DNA of 64,000 nt. It comes from Candidatus Hinthialibacteria bacterium OLB16. Its GTDB lineage: Bacteria; Hinthialibacterota; Hinthialibacteria; OLB16. The stretch covers positions 4,472-68,471 of the forward strand of contig LMZT01000178.1 of the NCBI GenBank assembly GCA_001567115.1, read 5' to 3'. Below the pieces are notes generated by a model, which saw only the letters and a program-made list of their open reading frames with translations, did not search any database and was not told the DNA's origin. Below are positions 19,478 to 30,024 of the stretch, one piece after another. The translations under genes were made by a program, and so were the position numbers. Positions within the stretch are counted from its first letter, which is position 1, and each line of letters begins with the position of its first letter.

Positions 19478-20760
19478 CTCATCCTGCTGTTTCCAGGAAA
19501 ACAATTCGTTTACTGAGTGTGCTTGTTTTTCTGTCGATCGTTCCTCCGTTCATCAAGTATGCCGGGTGGGAAACCAGGCATTATGTGGGGGGCGACTTTG
19601 AAATATTTCTCCAGGCCACCAGAGACCTTTCCGAGGGGAAATCACCCTATCCGCCAGTGGTTCTGGAATCTGAACCGGGAGAGGCTACAGGAGAAGCCTG
19701 GGGGAACTATATTTACCCGCCACTCTTCGCGAGGCTGCTGACTCCCTTTTCCTGTTTTCCTCCAACCTGGGCAAAAAGAGCTTATCTGCTGGTCTGTCTG
19801 GTGATCTATCTCTGGCTGTTTCGGCCTCGGGCCTGGGATCGGATGGTGGACCGTTATGGTTCCTGGTTGATATATGCACTGATCCTGGGATGGGGGCCGG
19901 TGATTCAGACCTTTCGGCAGGGCCAGTCGGACTTCATCCCCCTCTTTCTGATTCTCCTGTCGATCCGGATCCTCGAGCAACCGAATCATCGTTATCTGAG
20001 CCGCCAGGGACAGGAAATTCTGGCGGGATGCCTGCTCGGAATCGCATCCATGGTCAAAATCACACCCGTCCTGATATTCCCAGCGCTGGTTGTGGCACGC
20101 CAATGGAAATGCGCTCTGGGGTTTGTGTTCGGCGTCCTGGGAGCACTGATTTTACCGGGTCCCATCATCAGCTGGCAGTATTTTACCCAGGTGCTTCCCA
20201 ACATGACCGATTTCGCAGGAATGCGCATCTGCCCATCGATTCATATTGTTCTGGTAAGGCTTGTGGATTCCATTGCGGTTCCCTCCGCCTGGCAGGAAAA
20301 CTGGCCCAGAATCGCCGAAGGGATCGGTGTGGCGGGCAGTGGCGTGCTGTTCCTTGCTGTCCTCATTTATCTGGCCAGGAAACATGACCAGATTCGCCTG
20401 GATCAATTACTCATTCTGGCCTGTTTCCTCCCGCCTCTATTTGCAGGCGAAGTCGCTCATCACTATGCTCTGGCGCTCATCCCTGTGGTTGTGGCCTGCC
20501 ACCGGCTGCTGGTCGATGCCACCATGGACGCGGGGCATTCGATGACTGCCAGGCGGTCGCGGAATCGACTGATTCTCCTTATAACAGCCATTCTCCCGAA
20601 TTTTTATTACTGGATAGTCATCATGTACCCATTCAGTAAAATTCTCCCATCCGAGTTATCGGTCTGGCTGGTCGTGGGAAATTTGCTCGCTTTTGTCCTT
20701 GCAGCTCCCGTATTTGCCGGAAGCCAGGCGGGTCAGAGCACGCCCCAGAAGGGGCCATGA
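19474..20760 (+). CDS. DUF2029/GT87-like integral-membrane glycosyltransferase (paralogue)
   Basis: GGDFEIFLQATRDLSEGKSPYPP...AWGNYIYPPLFARLL and a polytopic hydrophobic profile. The GTG at 19474 overlaps the upstream stop (GTGA). The ORF is open from 19426. Confidence 0.72.
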   Translation: MTHPAVSRKTIRLLSVLVFLSIVPPFIKYAGWETRHYVGGDFEIFLQATRDLSEGKSPYPPVVLESEPGEATGEAWGNYIYPPLFARLLTPFSCFPPTWAKRAYLLVCLVIYLWLFRPRAWDRMVDRYGSWLIYALILGWGPVIQTFRQGQSDFIPLFLILLSIRILEQPNHRYLSRQGQEILAGCLLGIASMVKITPVLIFPALVVARQWKCALGFVFGVLGALILPGPIISWQYFTQVLPNMTDFAGMRICPSIHIVLVRLVDSIAVPSAWQENWPRIAEGIGVAGSGVLFLAVLIYLARKHDQIRLDQLLILACFLPPLFAGEVAHHYALALIPVVVACHRLLVDATMDAGHSMTARRSRNRLILLITAILPNFYYWIVIMYPFSKILPSELSVWLVVGNLLAFVLAAPVFAGSQAGQSTPQKGP

Positions 20761-20781
20761 AACATCAGTGCAAGTCTTCGG

Positions 20782-21804
20782 TCAGGGTGAATCCACACCA
20801 AAACGTGATTCGGTTTCCGGTGTAAAGCGGTAATCGAGTATTGTCCAGCCGAACGGGGGGCGTTCACCTGGAAACGATGACCAGGTACCCAGATCGAGCT
20901 TCACGCTGCGGAGTATCAGAACCGAGATGTCCTGAATGCTTGTGTTCGAGTGGTACTGCAACTCAACACCAATCAGAGGAGCCGCTGGAAATACCTCCTT
21001 CGATTCACGCGGGCCTACAACAGGCCAGCTGTACCAGGCGCGCTTTTCCAGATATCCCTGCTCCTTTTCATCCCACAATGAGGATTCAATCAACGAAGTC
21101 ACCAGGCCAGACCCTGACCAGGGGCGGCAGCCGATACGAAAGCGGGACCCTTCCAGGTCCAGGCGGAATACCAGCTCTGCAGCGGCATCTGTGGGAGTGG
21201 ATGAGAGAATTTCCTCAGTTGTGGCTTCCGATGGAATGAGAAGGCCGAGCCGGGCCAGATAGATCTCGATTTCGGCTTTCGATGGAGGAGGCCCCATTGA
21301 AAGTTCCTGCTCATCCTGGTTCCAGATTCCCCGCTGGTCGAAAATGGAGAGCGATCCGGTCATTCGATCCCAGACTCTATAAAAGCCGGCATTGGAGTCC
21401 CGCTGATGGATTTCAGCCCGTGCATCGGCTACCTTGACATCGATCCCCAGCAGGGTCCGAATCTCACTGGCAAGCCGGCTGATAATCGAATCGGTCCGGT
21501 CGAGGTCCAGTTCAGGCTCGAGAAGGAGATCCGGAATTTTGAGCAGCAGGGATTCACCCTGCTCATAAGATACCGCCGATGTGGCATCCCGAAGCTCAAA
21601 CTGCCAGATTTCCAGCTCGGCCTCCACACGGTCGAGGGACTTTCTCTGAGCCTGGATACGATTCAGCCAGGATGCGGGGAGAGAGGGCTTCTCGGCAAAG
21701 CCGGAGACTGCGAAGATAGGAGCAATGAGAATCACCAGGAGAGCTGGCCTCCTGCAGCCTCCAGATCGAAGGAGAAGTTCTGTGAAAATGGATGTGGTCT
21801 TCAT
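20782..21804 (-). CDS. Hypothetical exported protein
   Basis: 340 aa ORF with a hydrophobic N-terminal segment (ALLVILIAPIFAVSGFA). I recognise no family. Confidence 0.55.
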   Translation of the reverse strand: MKTTSIFTELLLRSGGCRRPALLVILIAPIFAVSGFAEKPSLPASWLNRIQAQRKSLDRVEAELEIWQFELRDATSAVSYEQGESLLLKIPDLLLEPELDLDRTDSIISRLASEIRTLLGIDVKVADARAEIHQRDSNAGFYRVWDRMTGSLSIFDQRGIWNQDEQELSMGPPPSKAEIEIYLARLGLLIPSEATTEEILSSTPTDAAAELVFRLDLEGSRFRIGCRPWSGSGLVTSLIESSLWDEKEQGYLEKRAWYSWPVVGPRESKEVFPAAPLIGVELQYHSNTSIQDISVLILRSVKLDLGTWSSFPGERPPFGWTILDYRFTPETESRFGVDSP

Positions 21805-22933
21805 GAAGTGTTGTCGAAAAGCCGGGCTGGCTCTGATCCTTTTGTTCCCTGTCCTGATTTTATCCGCATTTCGAGCAGATGCACAAATCCTGGTTCCAAA
21901 AGATTATTCCGGGAAAGGAAAAGTGTCGATCCAGGAAGCCATACTGATCTTCCAGGATGGAAAAGAATCACTCTCCCTGGAAGCTCGCTATGAATTCTCA
22001 TCGCCTTCAGCCTATCGCCAGGCCTGGAATCGCCGTGGCACCCCAGCCACTCCGCCACCCACCGCAGGCCCGCCGGCACATTGCGTGTGGGTTGTCCCGG
22101 TGCTCCCGAAGGCCGGCCTACTGCCAGCCCCTTCGGAGTCCCTGTTCGAGGATCTCTATGACTGGATTCATCCCTCCATCAAAGCGCGTTACGGTCTGAG
22201 AACCGGAAGGCCCCACGGGATCAACCGTTTCAGCGAAAGCGTCTTTTCAGCAGGCACAGGCTCGGCTGAAAACCAGGCCAGCTGGAGCATCATTCCGGGA
22301 ACCGGTGAAGCTGCAATCGGTTCTCTTCTGGCCTGGATTGAAGAGGAGAACCTGGCGGGTCTCGATATCAACATGGCTCGCGAATACGCCCTCAAGGGGT
22401 GGACTTTCGCCCTGGGAGTCATCAAGAACCCGCAGATGAGTGGCACCTTCGGCCCGGCTCATTTCTATTTCGAGACGCCGGAAGCTGTGTTTCCTCTCCG
22501 TTTTCAGAATGGAGTTGGCTTGTTTAATTTCCGGTTTTATTTTCTGACCGGCATGGATGCCAGCGTGCGCCATCTCAGCTCGATGCGGCTCAGCCCTGTG
22601 ACCGGGCTGGGAACTCTCTCCCGGGAATACCAGACCAGGGGCTATATCACCCTGGCCTCCCTCGAAACGCCTCACAGTCTGGTTTCCCATCTCTCGGCGG
22701 TGCGTGCATCCGCCATCCCCAGCCTGCCTGAGGATACACTGAGGTTTTATGCCTTTCAGGGTTCAGGTCTTGGATCATTCAGCCCGATGCGAGGGAATCA
22801 GCAGCCGCGTGATCTGGCTGTGGGTGAAAAGAAGCTGGCCGCAAGCCCGGTTCCAGGAACACAGGGAATCAGCCCATCCCAGGCTGGCCGTGGCTACCGC
22901 CAGCCAGCAGCACGGCGCCGTGGTTATTATTGA
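21788..22933 (+). CDS. Hypothetical exported protein
   Basis: ORF 21725..22933. The likely start is at 21788 or 21803 (MKCCRKAGLALILLFPVLILSAFRADA signal peptide). The central segment LLAWIEEENLAGLDINMAREYALKGWTFALGVIK is reminiscent of DUF2330-type proteins, but I could not verify this. Confidence 0.55.
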   Translation: MDVVFMKCCRKAGLALILLFPVLILSAFRADAQILVPKDYSGKGKVSIQEAILIFQDGKESLSLEARYEFSSPSAYRQAWNRRGTPATPPPTAGPPAHCVWVVPVLPKAGLLPAPSESLFEDLYDWIHPSIKARYGLRTGRPHGINRFSESVFSAGTGSAENQASWSIIPGTGEAAIGSLLAWIEEENLAGLDINMAREYALKGWTFALGVIKNPQMSGTFGPAHFYFETPEAVFPLRFQNGVGLFNFRFYFLTGMDASVRHLSSMRLSPVTGLGTLSREYQTRGYITLASLETPHSLVSHLSAVRASAIPSLPEDTLRFYAFQGSGLGSFSPMRGNQQPRDLAVGEKKLAASPVPGTQGISPSQAGRGYRQPAARRRGYY

Positions 22934-22951
22934 CAGAAGCCGGATCAACTG

Positions 22952-24334
22952 ATGAATCCATCCCTGGATGTCATCGTGATCGGCGCAGGGGTGAGTGGTC
23001 TGTCACTGGCCTGTGATCTGCGCCGGGCTGGTTTGACCTTCGTCGTCCTGGAAAAACAGGATGAACCAGGAGGCTGCGCCCAGTCCCACACCCAGGATGG
23101 ATTCCTTTTTGAAAAAGGCCCTTTCAACCTGCTGGTTCGAAACCCACTGTTCGAGGATCTTCTCGAAGATTTGAAAGGCACACTGGAAATTGTGCCTCCC
23201 TGCCCCACAGCAAAAAAGAGGGAGCTGCTGCTGGGAGGCAAACGGGAGAAAGTCCCTTCCTCCCTCATGGAGGCCATCCAGACCCCGATCCTTTCCTGGC
23301 CACAGAAGCTCCGGGTCCTTGCAGAACCACTGCTCGGCCAGCGGCCGCGCAATCCGGATCCCACTTTAGGAGATATCGTCAGGCGGCGCCTGGGCGCAGG
23401 AGTCGCCGACCGGGTGGTGAGTGCGATTGTAGCCGGGGTCTATGGGGGAGACAGCGATGCCCTCTCCGCGCAGGCCTGCTTTCCTCTGCTGTGGGAAATC
23501 GACCAGAAATCCTCAAGCCTGATGCTGGGGATGATTCGTCACGGATTTCAATCACGCGGGAAACCACGCCGCAAATGGAAAGGGATGGTGAGTTTCCGGG
23601 GAGGGCTTGGATCCTTCTGCTCTGCCCTGGCGGGAAGTTTCAAAGAGAGTATGCGATACCGCCACGAGGTGGTTTCCATCAAACAAATCCAGAATGGATA
23701 TCAGGTTCAAACCCACAGCCCGGAAAGAGAAGAGGTCTTTCAATCCAAAGCGCTGGTTATCGCGGCTGATTTGCCGGCAGCCCAAAGGCTGCTTTGTGGC
23801 TGGGCGGACAACCTGGCCGGCCAGCTATCACCCATCCAAAGTGTCTCGCTCGCTGTGGTTAATGTGGGCTTCGATCCAGGCTCTTTTCCTGAGCCACCCG
23901 AGGGATTCGGATTTCTGGTCCCAAAAGTCGATACCGAAACAAAAATACTCGGAATCCTGTTCGCTTCTTCGGTTTTTCCTTACCAGGCTCCGGAGGGATG
24001 CCACTCCCTGCGGATTTTTGTGGGAGGAGTCCGTTCAGCGGAATGGGTGGCGCTTCCAGAAGAGGAGCTTGTTCAGAAGGCGCTGTCTGAATTGAAAAAA
24101 TACCTTCCATTCTCGAAACCACCCATCGCCGTCTCAGTTTCCAAATGGCCGGATGCAGTTCCCCAGATGACACCCGGGCATGTCGGCCGCATTCAGCACC
24201 TGAGGGAGGATCTCGAGGATTACGATGGGCTGTTTCTGGCAGGGAATTACCTCAAGGGTGTGTCGGTGAATGATTGTGTCGTGAATGGCCGTGAGACAGC
24301 CATACAGGTGGTGGAGTGGTTCAAATCCGATTGA
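22952..24334 (+). CDS. hemY: Protoporphyrinogen/coproporphyrinogen III oxidase (FAD-dependent, HemY type)
   Basis: 460 aa. Dinucleotide-binding VIVIGAGVSGLSLACDL...VLEKQDEPGG, and GVYGGDSDALS typical of the PPO family. Confidence 0.8.
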   Translation: MNPSLDVIVIGAGVSGLSLACDLRRAGLTFVVLEKQDEPGGCAQSHTQDGFLFEKGPFNLLVRNPLFEDLLEDLKGTLEIVPPCPTAKKRELLLGGKREKVPSSLMEAIQTPILSWPQKLRVLAEPLLGQRPRNPDPTLGDIVRRRLGAGVADRVVSAIVAGVYGGDSDALSAQACFPLLWEIDQKSSSLMLGMIRHGFQSRGKPRRKWKGMVSFRGGLGSFCSALAGSFKESMRYRHEVVSIKQIQNGYQVQTHSPEREEVFQSKALVIAADLPAAQRLLCGWADNLAGQLSPIQSVSLAVVNVGFDPGSFPEPPEGFGFLVPKVDTETKILGILFASSVFPYQAPEGCHSLRIFVGGVRSAEWVALPEEELVQKALSELKKYLPFSKPPIAVSVSKWPDAVPQMTPGHVGRIQHLREDLEDYDGLFLAGNYLKGVSVNDCVVNGRETAIQVVEWFKSD

Positions 24335-24375
24335 GCGACTCCACCTCAAGCTCCATATTGATCCATTGATTGTTT

Positions 24376-25667
24376 CTATCTGCTGACATCCAGGCAGACG
24401 CCTTCGACAGTGCTGCGGACAAACAACCGCCCATTGCTGAGTGTCGGAGTGGACCAGCACTTCCCGGAAACCACTTTGGCACGGGCCAGTTCTTTATATT
24501 CACTGGATGATGGCTCAATCAGGACCAGGTGGCCGTCATCGGCCAGCGCCACGAGGCAATTCCCTGTCAGAATGACATTGCCGGGTCCATAGCCATCTTT
24601 CTCCCAGATTTCCTTCCCGGCTTCGAGATCGACACATTTGAGTGGCCCTCTGCCATGCTCCTTGAAACTGAACATGCCAAAAAGGAAGCCCTGATGAAGG
24701 ACCGGTGTGCTCCAGTGGTTGACCAGGCCATTGGGGCGGCGCCAAATTTCTTCGGCAGTGAATCCCTGATCGGTTTTCCGGATTTGGCAGTAACCCGCAC
24801 CCACACCATAACCCGCCGAGCAATATACCTTATCGCCATTCACCACAGGGGATGCAGCGGTCGATATCTTGTAAGGAAATGGGTAATTCCAGAGCTCCTT
24901 GCCATTGGAAGCATCCACTGAAACCAGGCCGGACTGGGTGAAAAAGATGATCTGGCGAACGCATGGATTGTTGCGGGAACGGGTGTGGCGTGAGTCATCA
25001 GCTGATCGGACGACTTCCATGCCAGATCACCGGTCTTCTTGTTGAATGCCAGAAAGGATTGCCCGGCGCCTCCTCCCGGAACAATTGCCAGATCCCCTTC
25101 GATGAGCACCGAGGCGGAGCTCTGCCAACGGATATTACGCCCTTCAAATTCATCCTGAACACTGTGCTGCCAGAGAGTCTTCCCGTCTTTCAGGCCAAGG
25201 CAGTAGAGGTTCAACTGTGAGTCATAGAGATAAACCCTGTCTCCATCGATCGAGGGGGTGGAACGCGGCCCATCTCCGCCACTGTTGGTCTCGGATCCGG
25301 AATCGCCGCCGCCATCATATTTCATGATGCACATTGAAAAAGACCACAATTCTTTGCCTGAGGAGGCATCGACAGCAACAGCCACTTCGCGTGTAATTCC
25401 CTCCTGATCCGGACGGGCAACCAGGGTAAACGCCTGGCCCTGGGAAATGGTGAAGGAGCTGAATCCCAGGGGGGCAGGAATCCTCCACAAGACTTTTGGT
25501 CCCTCCGCCGGCCAGGTGGTCAATCCGATTTTCTCGGTTGTGGTTCCATCGAGGAAGGGGCCGCGATACTGGGGCCAGTCTTCGGCAAATGAGAAGAAAG
25601 ATAAAAACATGAGGCCGGCAAACACCATGACCTCAACAACTGAGGAGCTCCTCTTTGACTGGTTCAT
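24376..25667 (-). pseudogene. PQQ-like beta-propeller repeat protein (BamB-like fold), frame broken near 24958-24966
   Basis: The N-terminal part is in ORF 24840..25739 (signal peptide, EDWPQYRGPFLDGTT). The C-terminal part is in ORF 24376..25020 (VRQIIFFTQSGLVSVDASNGKELWNYPFP). Inserting one nucleotide joins ...THATPVPATIH to GVRQII. Confidence 0.72.
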
Positions 25668-25826
25668 CCGGTGATCCTTTGCAAAACAGGGTCGAACAGT
25701 ATACATCCCATTTCCTCGGGGATTGATTGGTTTGAGCACCGAGCCATTGTATCACAAGAAAAAACAAATCCTTATTCACAATCAGGATTCCAGTGTGATA
25801 TTTTAAACTGTACTTTACTCTAAATC

Positions 25827-27332
25827 ATGCCTGCAAACCAACAGGACAAGTTTCTGCTCTCGAAGATTCTCGCAACTCTGGGGCCTGCCAGTTCGGACAA
25901 ATCCACCATCCTTCGCCTTGCACAGGCGGGAGCACATGCATTCCGGATCAATTTCTCCCATGGCACTCTCGAGCAACATGAAAAGACTTACCGGCTGATC
26001 CGTGAATGTGCCGAGGAACTGGGGATGCCGCTCGGAATCCTGGGGGATTTGTGCGGCCCCAAGATTCGTGTAAACAACCTGCCTCCGGAAGGAATCCAGC
26101 TGAAGGAGGGACAGATTCTTTCTTTCACCACCGGCACCCCGAAGGAGGGGCTGGCCTGCTGCGGCAGCGATATCTGCCTGACTTCAAACTTTTCGGAATG
26201 GATCAATGAAATTACCGAAGGGGAACATGCCTTGCTGGATGATGGAAAGATCCGGTTGAGGTGCCTGGGGGTAACTGCATCGGGTTCCGATGGCCTGGTG
26301 AGATTCGAAGTCGAGCATGGCGGGAAACTGACTCAAGGAAAGGGGATCAACCTCCCCGAGACTCAGCTCTCCCTGCCGGCTCTGACCGATCATGATTATC
26401 AATGTGTCCGTTTTGCTCTGCAGCACGATTTCGATTTTCTGGCCTTGAGCTTTGTCAAAGATCCTGAAGATACCCAGGCCTTGCGAAGGTTCATCCGCCG
26501 CGAAGATCCGGATCCAGTCATACCGATCATCAGCAAAATCGAGCGCCCCCAGGCGCTCGATAAGCTGGAAAGCATCATCCAGGTCTCAGATGGAATCATG
26601 GTGGCGCGCGGGGATCTGGGTGTTGAAATCGATCTGGCGCGAGTTCCAGTCATTCAGAAGCATATCCTGAAATTGTGCAAGGAATTCGGCAAAACAGCCA
26701 TTGTCGCAACCCAGATGCTGGAGAGCATGATTCAAAGCCCTGTTCCCACACGTGCTGAAGTGAGCGATGTTGCCAATGCCATTTTCGATGGAGCCGATGC
26801 AGTGATGCTCTCCGGGGAAACGGCAGTCGGTCAGTGGCCGGTCGAGGCGGTTCAGGTCATGAGCCGCATCGCACGCCGTGCCAATGAATACCAGAGGAGC
26901 CTCCCCCTTTCGCTCAATCTGCCGCAAAAACAGATTGAAGCGCGTTTTGGCTCCGCGGCCCTGGCCCATGGAGTCTGCACTGTCGCAGCCGATCTCGATG
27001 CGCGTTTTGTCATCCTGTGGTGCAATCATGAAAAAAGTGCGTATGACCTTTCCAGCTACCACCTGTCACGTCCGGTCCTGGCATACAGTGATCAGGATTC
27101 GATACTCCAGCGCCTGGTGCTGTCGTATGGCCTCCAGCCGATCCACTGTGAACAACCCACCGGCATCGGCGGTTTCATTCGTTTTGTTGAAAATGACCTG
27201 AACCAGAAAGGATACATTCGCCAGGGTGAGCCTCTCGTTTTTATTCTCGGATATCCGATCACCCAAGTGAAAGTTCCAACTGTGATTCATATTCATTACA
27301 CAGGTGAGCCGATTCCATTCGGGCAGCCCTGA
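25827..27332 (+). CDS. pyk: Pyruvate kinase
   Basis: 501 aa. KILATLGPAS, GDLCGPKIR and MVARGDLGVEI motifs. Confidence 0.93.
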   Translation: MPANQQDKFLLSKILATLGPASSDKSTILRLAQAGAHAFRINFSHGTLEQHEKTYRLIRECAEELGMPLGILGDLCGPKIRVNNLPPEGIQLKEGQILSFTTGTPKEGLACCGSDICLTSNFSEWINEITEGEHALLDDGKIRLRCLGVTASGSDGLVRFEVEHGGKLTQGKGINLPETQLSLPALTDHDYQCVRFALQHDFDFLALSFVKDPEDTQALRRFIRREDPDPVIPIISKIERPQALDKLESIIQVSDGIMVARGDLGVEIDLARVPVIQKHILKLCKEFGKTAIVATQMLESMIQSPVPTRAEVSDVANAIFDGADAVMLSGETAVGQWPVEAVQVMSRIARRANEYQRSLPLSLNLPQKQIEARFGSAALAHGVCTVAADLDARFVILWCNHEKSAYDLSSYHLSRPVLAYSDQDSILQRLVLSYGLQPIHCEQPTGIGGFIRFVENDLNQKGYIRQGEPLVFILGYPITQVKVPTVIHIHYTGEPIPFGQP

Positions 27333-27380
27333 CCATGCCTGCCAGAAACCCGCTGTCCTGAATATTCTGAGAACCTGTCA

Positions 27381-28139
27381 ATGGCTGATCCCTCATTGAT
27401 ATCGATAATTATGCTTGGCCTGGCCTTTTTCGGGCTTGCAATTCTGTATTCTTCTGTCGGGCATGGCGGCGCTTCCGGGTATCTGGCGGCAATGGCATTA
27501 GCCGGACTTTCGCCTGCCCTGATGCGTCCAACCGCGCTCTCTCTGAATATTGTCGTCACAATCATCGGGACCTTTTTTTATGCGAGAGCAGGCTGCATTC
27601 CATGGAAGACTGTCCTGCTCTTTGTCGTTCCTTCAGCTCCATGCGCTTTTCTGGGTGCGATGATTGAACTCCCCGAATGGGGGTATCGAACCCTGGTTGG
27701 CCTTGTCCTTCTTTATGCGGCCTGGAAAACGGTTACCCAGGGGGCAAAACAGCCGTCGGGCAAAGTCGAAGCCAACATTCCGATTTATGCAGCACTCCCG
27801 GCGGGGGCTGCCATCGGGCTGTTATCCGGACTGACCGGGGTGGGAGGGGGGATCTTTCTCACACCGCTTCTGTTGCTGACTGGATGGACCAGCCTGCGGC
27901 TTGCAGCCGGAATTTCCTGTGGCTTTATTCTTGTGAATTCAATATCAGGCATCCTGGGGCTGGGGGTGGCCGGCTTCACACTCCCGCCTGCGATCCTCTG
28001 GTGGGTGCTGGCTGTCTGCTCAGGAGCGCTGATTGGAAGCCGACTCGGGTCGGGTATCCTGTGCCAGAAGACTCAATCCAGACTGCTGGCTGTTGTCCTG
28101 ACCATCGCAGGGATCAAGATGCTGATGATCTTTTACTGA
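27381..28139 (+). CDS. TauE/SafE-family anion exporter membrane protein
   Basis: 252 aa polytopic protein. Both halves carry the GxGGG motifs (VGHGGASGY, LTGVGGGIFLTPLL) typical of TauE/SafE. Confidence 0.8.
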   Translation: MADPSLISIIMLGLAFFGLAILYSSVGHGGASGYLAAMALAGLSPALMRPTALSLNIVVTIIGTFFYARAGCIPWKTVLLFVVPSAPCAFLGAMIELPEWGYRTLVGLVLLYAAWKTVTQGAKQPSGKVEANIPIYAALPAGAAIGLLSGLTGVGGGIFLTPLLLLTGWTSLRLAAGISCGFILVNSISGILGLGVAGFTLPPAILWWVLAVCSGALIGSRLGSGILCQKTQSRLLAVVLTIAGIKMLMIFY

Positions 28140-28172
28140 TTCTGCAATCAATGCTGTGAAACAAACCATGAA

Positions 28173-28784
28173 ATGAAACCGGAGTGTTTGTCCCCTCTTT
28201 TTGGCCTGGTCCTCGGCGGAGGAAAGAGCCGCCGCATGGGAAAGAGCAAGATGCATATCTGCTACCATGAAGTTCCTCAAGGACTTTATTGTGCGAATCT
28301 GCTTTCTGAACACTGCCAGTCCGTGTTTCTTTCGATCCGGAGCGATCAGAAAGAGGAAGTGGCAGAATGGAAGATTCCCTGTATTGAAGACTGCTGGGAT
28401 GATTCCGGGCCGATGGGAGGAATTCTGTCCGCCTTCAGGCATCGAAATGATGCCGCGTGGCTGGCAATCAGCTGCGACATGCCATTTGTAACCAGCGAGA
28501 CTCTCAAGGCCCTGATCCGGGCAAGGAGCATCTCCCGAATGGTGACCGCATACACCCTGAAACCCGGCTTCCCGGAGCCTTTTCCCACGATTTACGAAGC
28601 CAGCTGTGGTGTTGAAATGCAAAATTGCTACAAGTCGGGGAATTATTCCCTCACTTCATTTATCATCTCAGCAGGATTCGATCCGGTTGAGGTCAGCAAT
28701 CCCATCGAGCTCGTCAACATCAATACACAAGAAGAATACCAGGCGGCATTGCAACGCCTTCATAAGAAAAGCAGCTCGAGTTGA
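28173..28784 (+). CDS. mobA: Molybdenum cofactor guanylyltransferase
   Basis: 203 aa. GLVLGGGKSRRMG nucleotide-binding motif, and it sits next to the moe/moa genes. Confidence 0.78.
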   Translation: MKPECLSPLFGLVLGGGKSRRMGKSKMHICYHEVPQGLYCANLLSEHCQSVFLSIRSDQKEEVAEWKIPCIEDCWDDSGPMGGILSAFRHRNDAAWLAISCDMPFVTSETLKALIRARSISRMVTAYTLKPGFPEPFPTIYEASCGVEMQNCYKSGNYSLTSFIISAGFDPVEVSNPIELVNINTQEEYQAALQRLHKKSSSS

Positions 28785-28791
28785 TCGGGAA

Positions 28792-30024
28792 TTACCAGTT
28801 CAGCAGCACCACATCGACTGTGGAACCTTCGGAGAGAAGGGATTCTTTTTCTGGAAACCGAATCAGACAGTTGGATTGGGCAAACCCTCCCAGCATGTGA
28901 GAACCTTGTCCTGAAAGTGGAATGGCATAACGGGTCGATTCCTCGATGAGCAGATTGGCTCGGACCCACTCCAACCGGCCTGGTTTCTTCTTCAATTTCC
29001 CCCTCAGGGTTGCATCGAGGGTCAATGTCCGGCATTTCTGGTTTCCCATCATCTTTTTCAGGGCTGGCACAACAAGCAGTTGATAGAGAAGCAGGGCCGA
29101 AACAGGGTTGCCAGGAAGGCCAAAATACAGTTTCCTGGGACCTTTCCGGGACTTCTTTATTCCAAAAAACAGAGGCATGCCAGGCTTGACTGCCACTCTC
29201 CAGAAAACAGTTTCCACACCGGATTGATTTAATAATTCTTTAACCAGATCATATTCACCAACAGAGACACCGCCGATCGTCATGACGACATCAGCATTCC
29301 GCTCAGCATCCTTTAATACATCCTTCATGCGGGCTTCATCATCAGGGCTGTAAGACACATGGACTTCGGTAATGCCGATCCGTTGAAGGGCTGCTTTTAT
29401 AGAATACGAATTTGAATCGTGGATCTGCCCCTTTTTAAGTTTCTGGTCCGGAGGAAGAACCTCGTTTCCTGTAACTACAAGAGCGATGCGGGGTGGTCTC
29501 CGGACTGAGACAGATTTCATTCCGAAACCAGCCATCATGCCCACGACAGGGGGGGTGATCCATGTCCCTGTTTCCAGGACTCCGGCACCTTTACGGAACT
29601 CTTCTCCACGGAAGCGTATATTATCCTCGGGCCTGGCCGGAACAGTGATATTGATGAAATCCTGCTCGACGACACAGTACTCCTTCATGACCACCGCATC
29701 GGCACCTCTGGGGATCTGCCCGCCTGTAAGGACCCGAATTGTAGTTCCTTCCTGGATCGTTGGAACTTTCTGGGAGCCTGCCGCCACTTCTCCAACCAGC
29801 CTGAGCGTAGCCGGGCTGTCCGCCGATGCCGTCTGAATATCCTCGGAACGGACTGCATATCCATCAACTGCCGATTGATCGAAAAGCGGAGAATCGCAGG
29901 TTGCTACAAGCGGCTTCGAGAGAAAATAACCAGTGGATTCCGTGAATGGAAGAGTGATTATTGGAAGCGGTTCTGAATGTTCGAGAATGAGGGATTGCGC
30001 CTGGTCAAAAGAAATCACATTCAA
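28792..30024 (-). CDS. moeA: Molybdopterin molybdenumtransferase
   Basis: 410 aa. MoeA pattern: SP.FDQSAVDGYAV, TGG.SVG..D. Confidence 0.88.
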   Translation of the reverse strand: MNVISFDQAQSLILEHSEPLPIITLPFTESTGYFLSKPLVATCDSPLFDQSAVDGYAVRSEDIQTASADSPATLRLVGEVAAGSQKVPTIQEGTTIRVLTGGQIPRGADAVVMKEYCVVEQDFINITVPARPEDNIRFRGEEFRKGAGVLETGTWITPPVVGMMAGFGMKSVSVRRPPRIALVVTGNEVLPPDQKLKKGQIHDSNSYSIKAALQRIGITEVHVSYSPDDEARMKDVLKDAERNADVVMTIGGVSVGEYDLVKELLNQSGVETVFWRVAVKPGMPLFFGIKKSRKGPRKLYFGLPGNPVSALLLYQLLVVPALKKMMGNQKCRTLTLDATLRGKLKKKPGRLEWVRANLLIEESTRYAIPLSGQGSHMLGGFAQSNCLIRFPEKESLLSEGSTVDVVLLNW

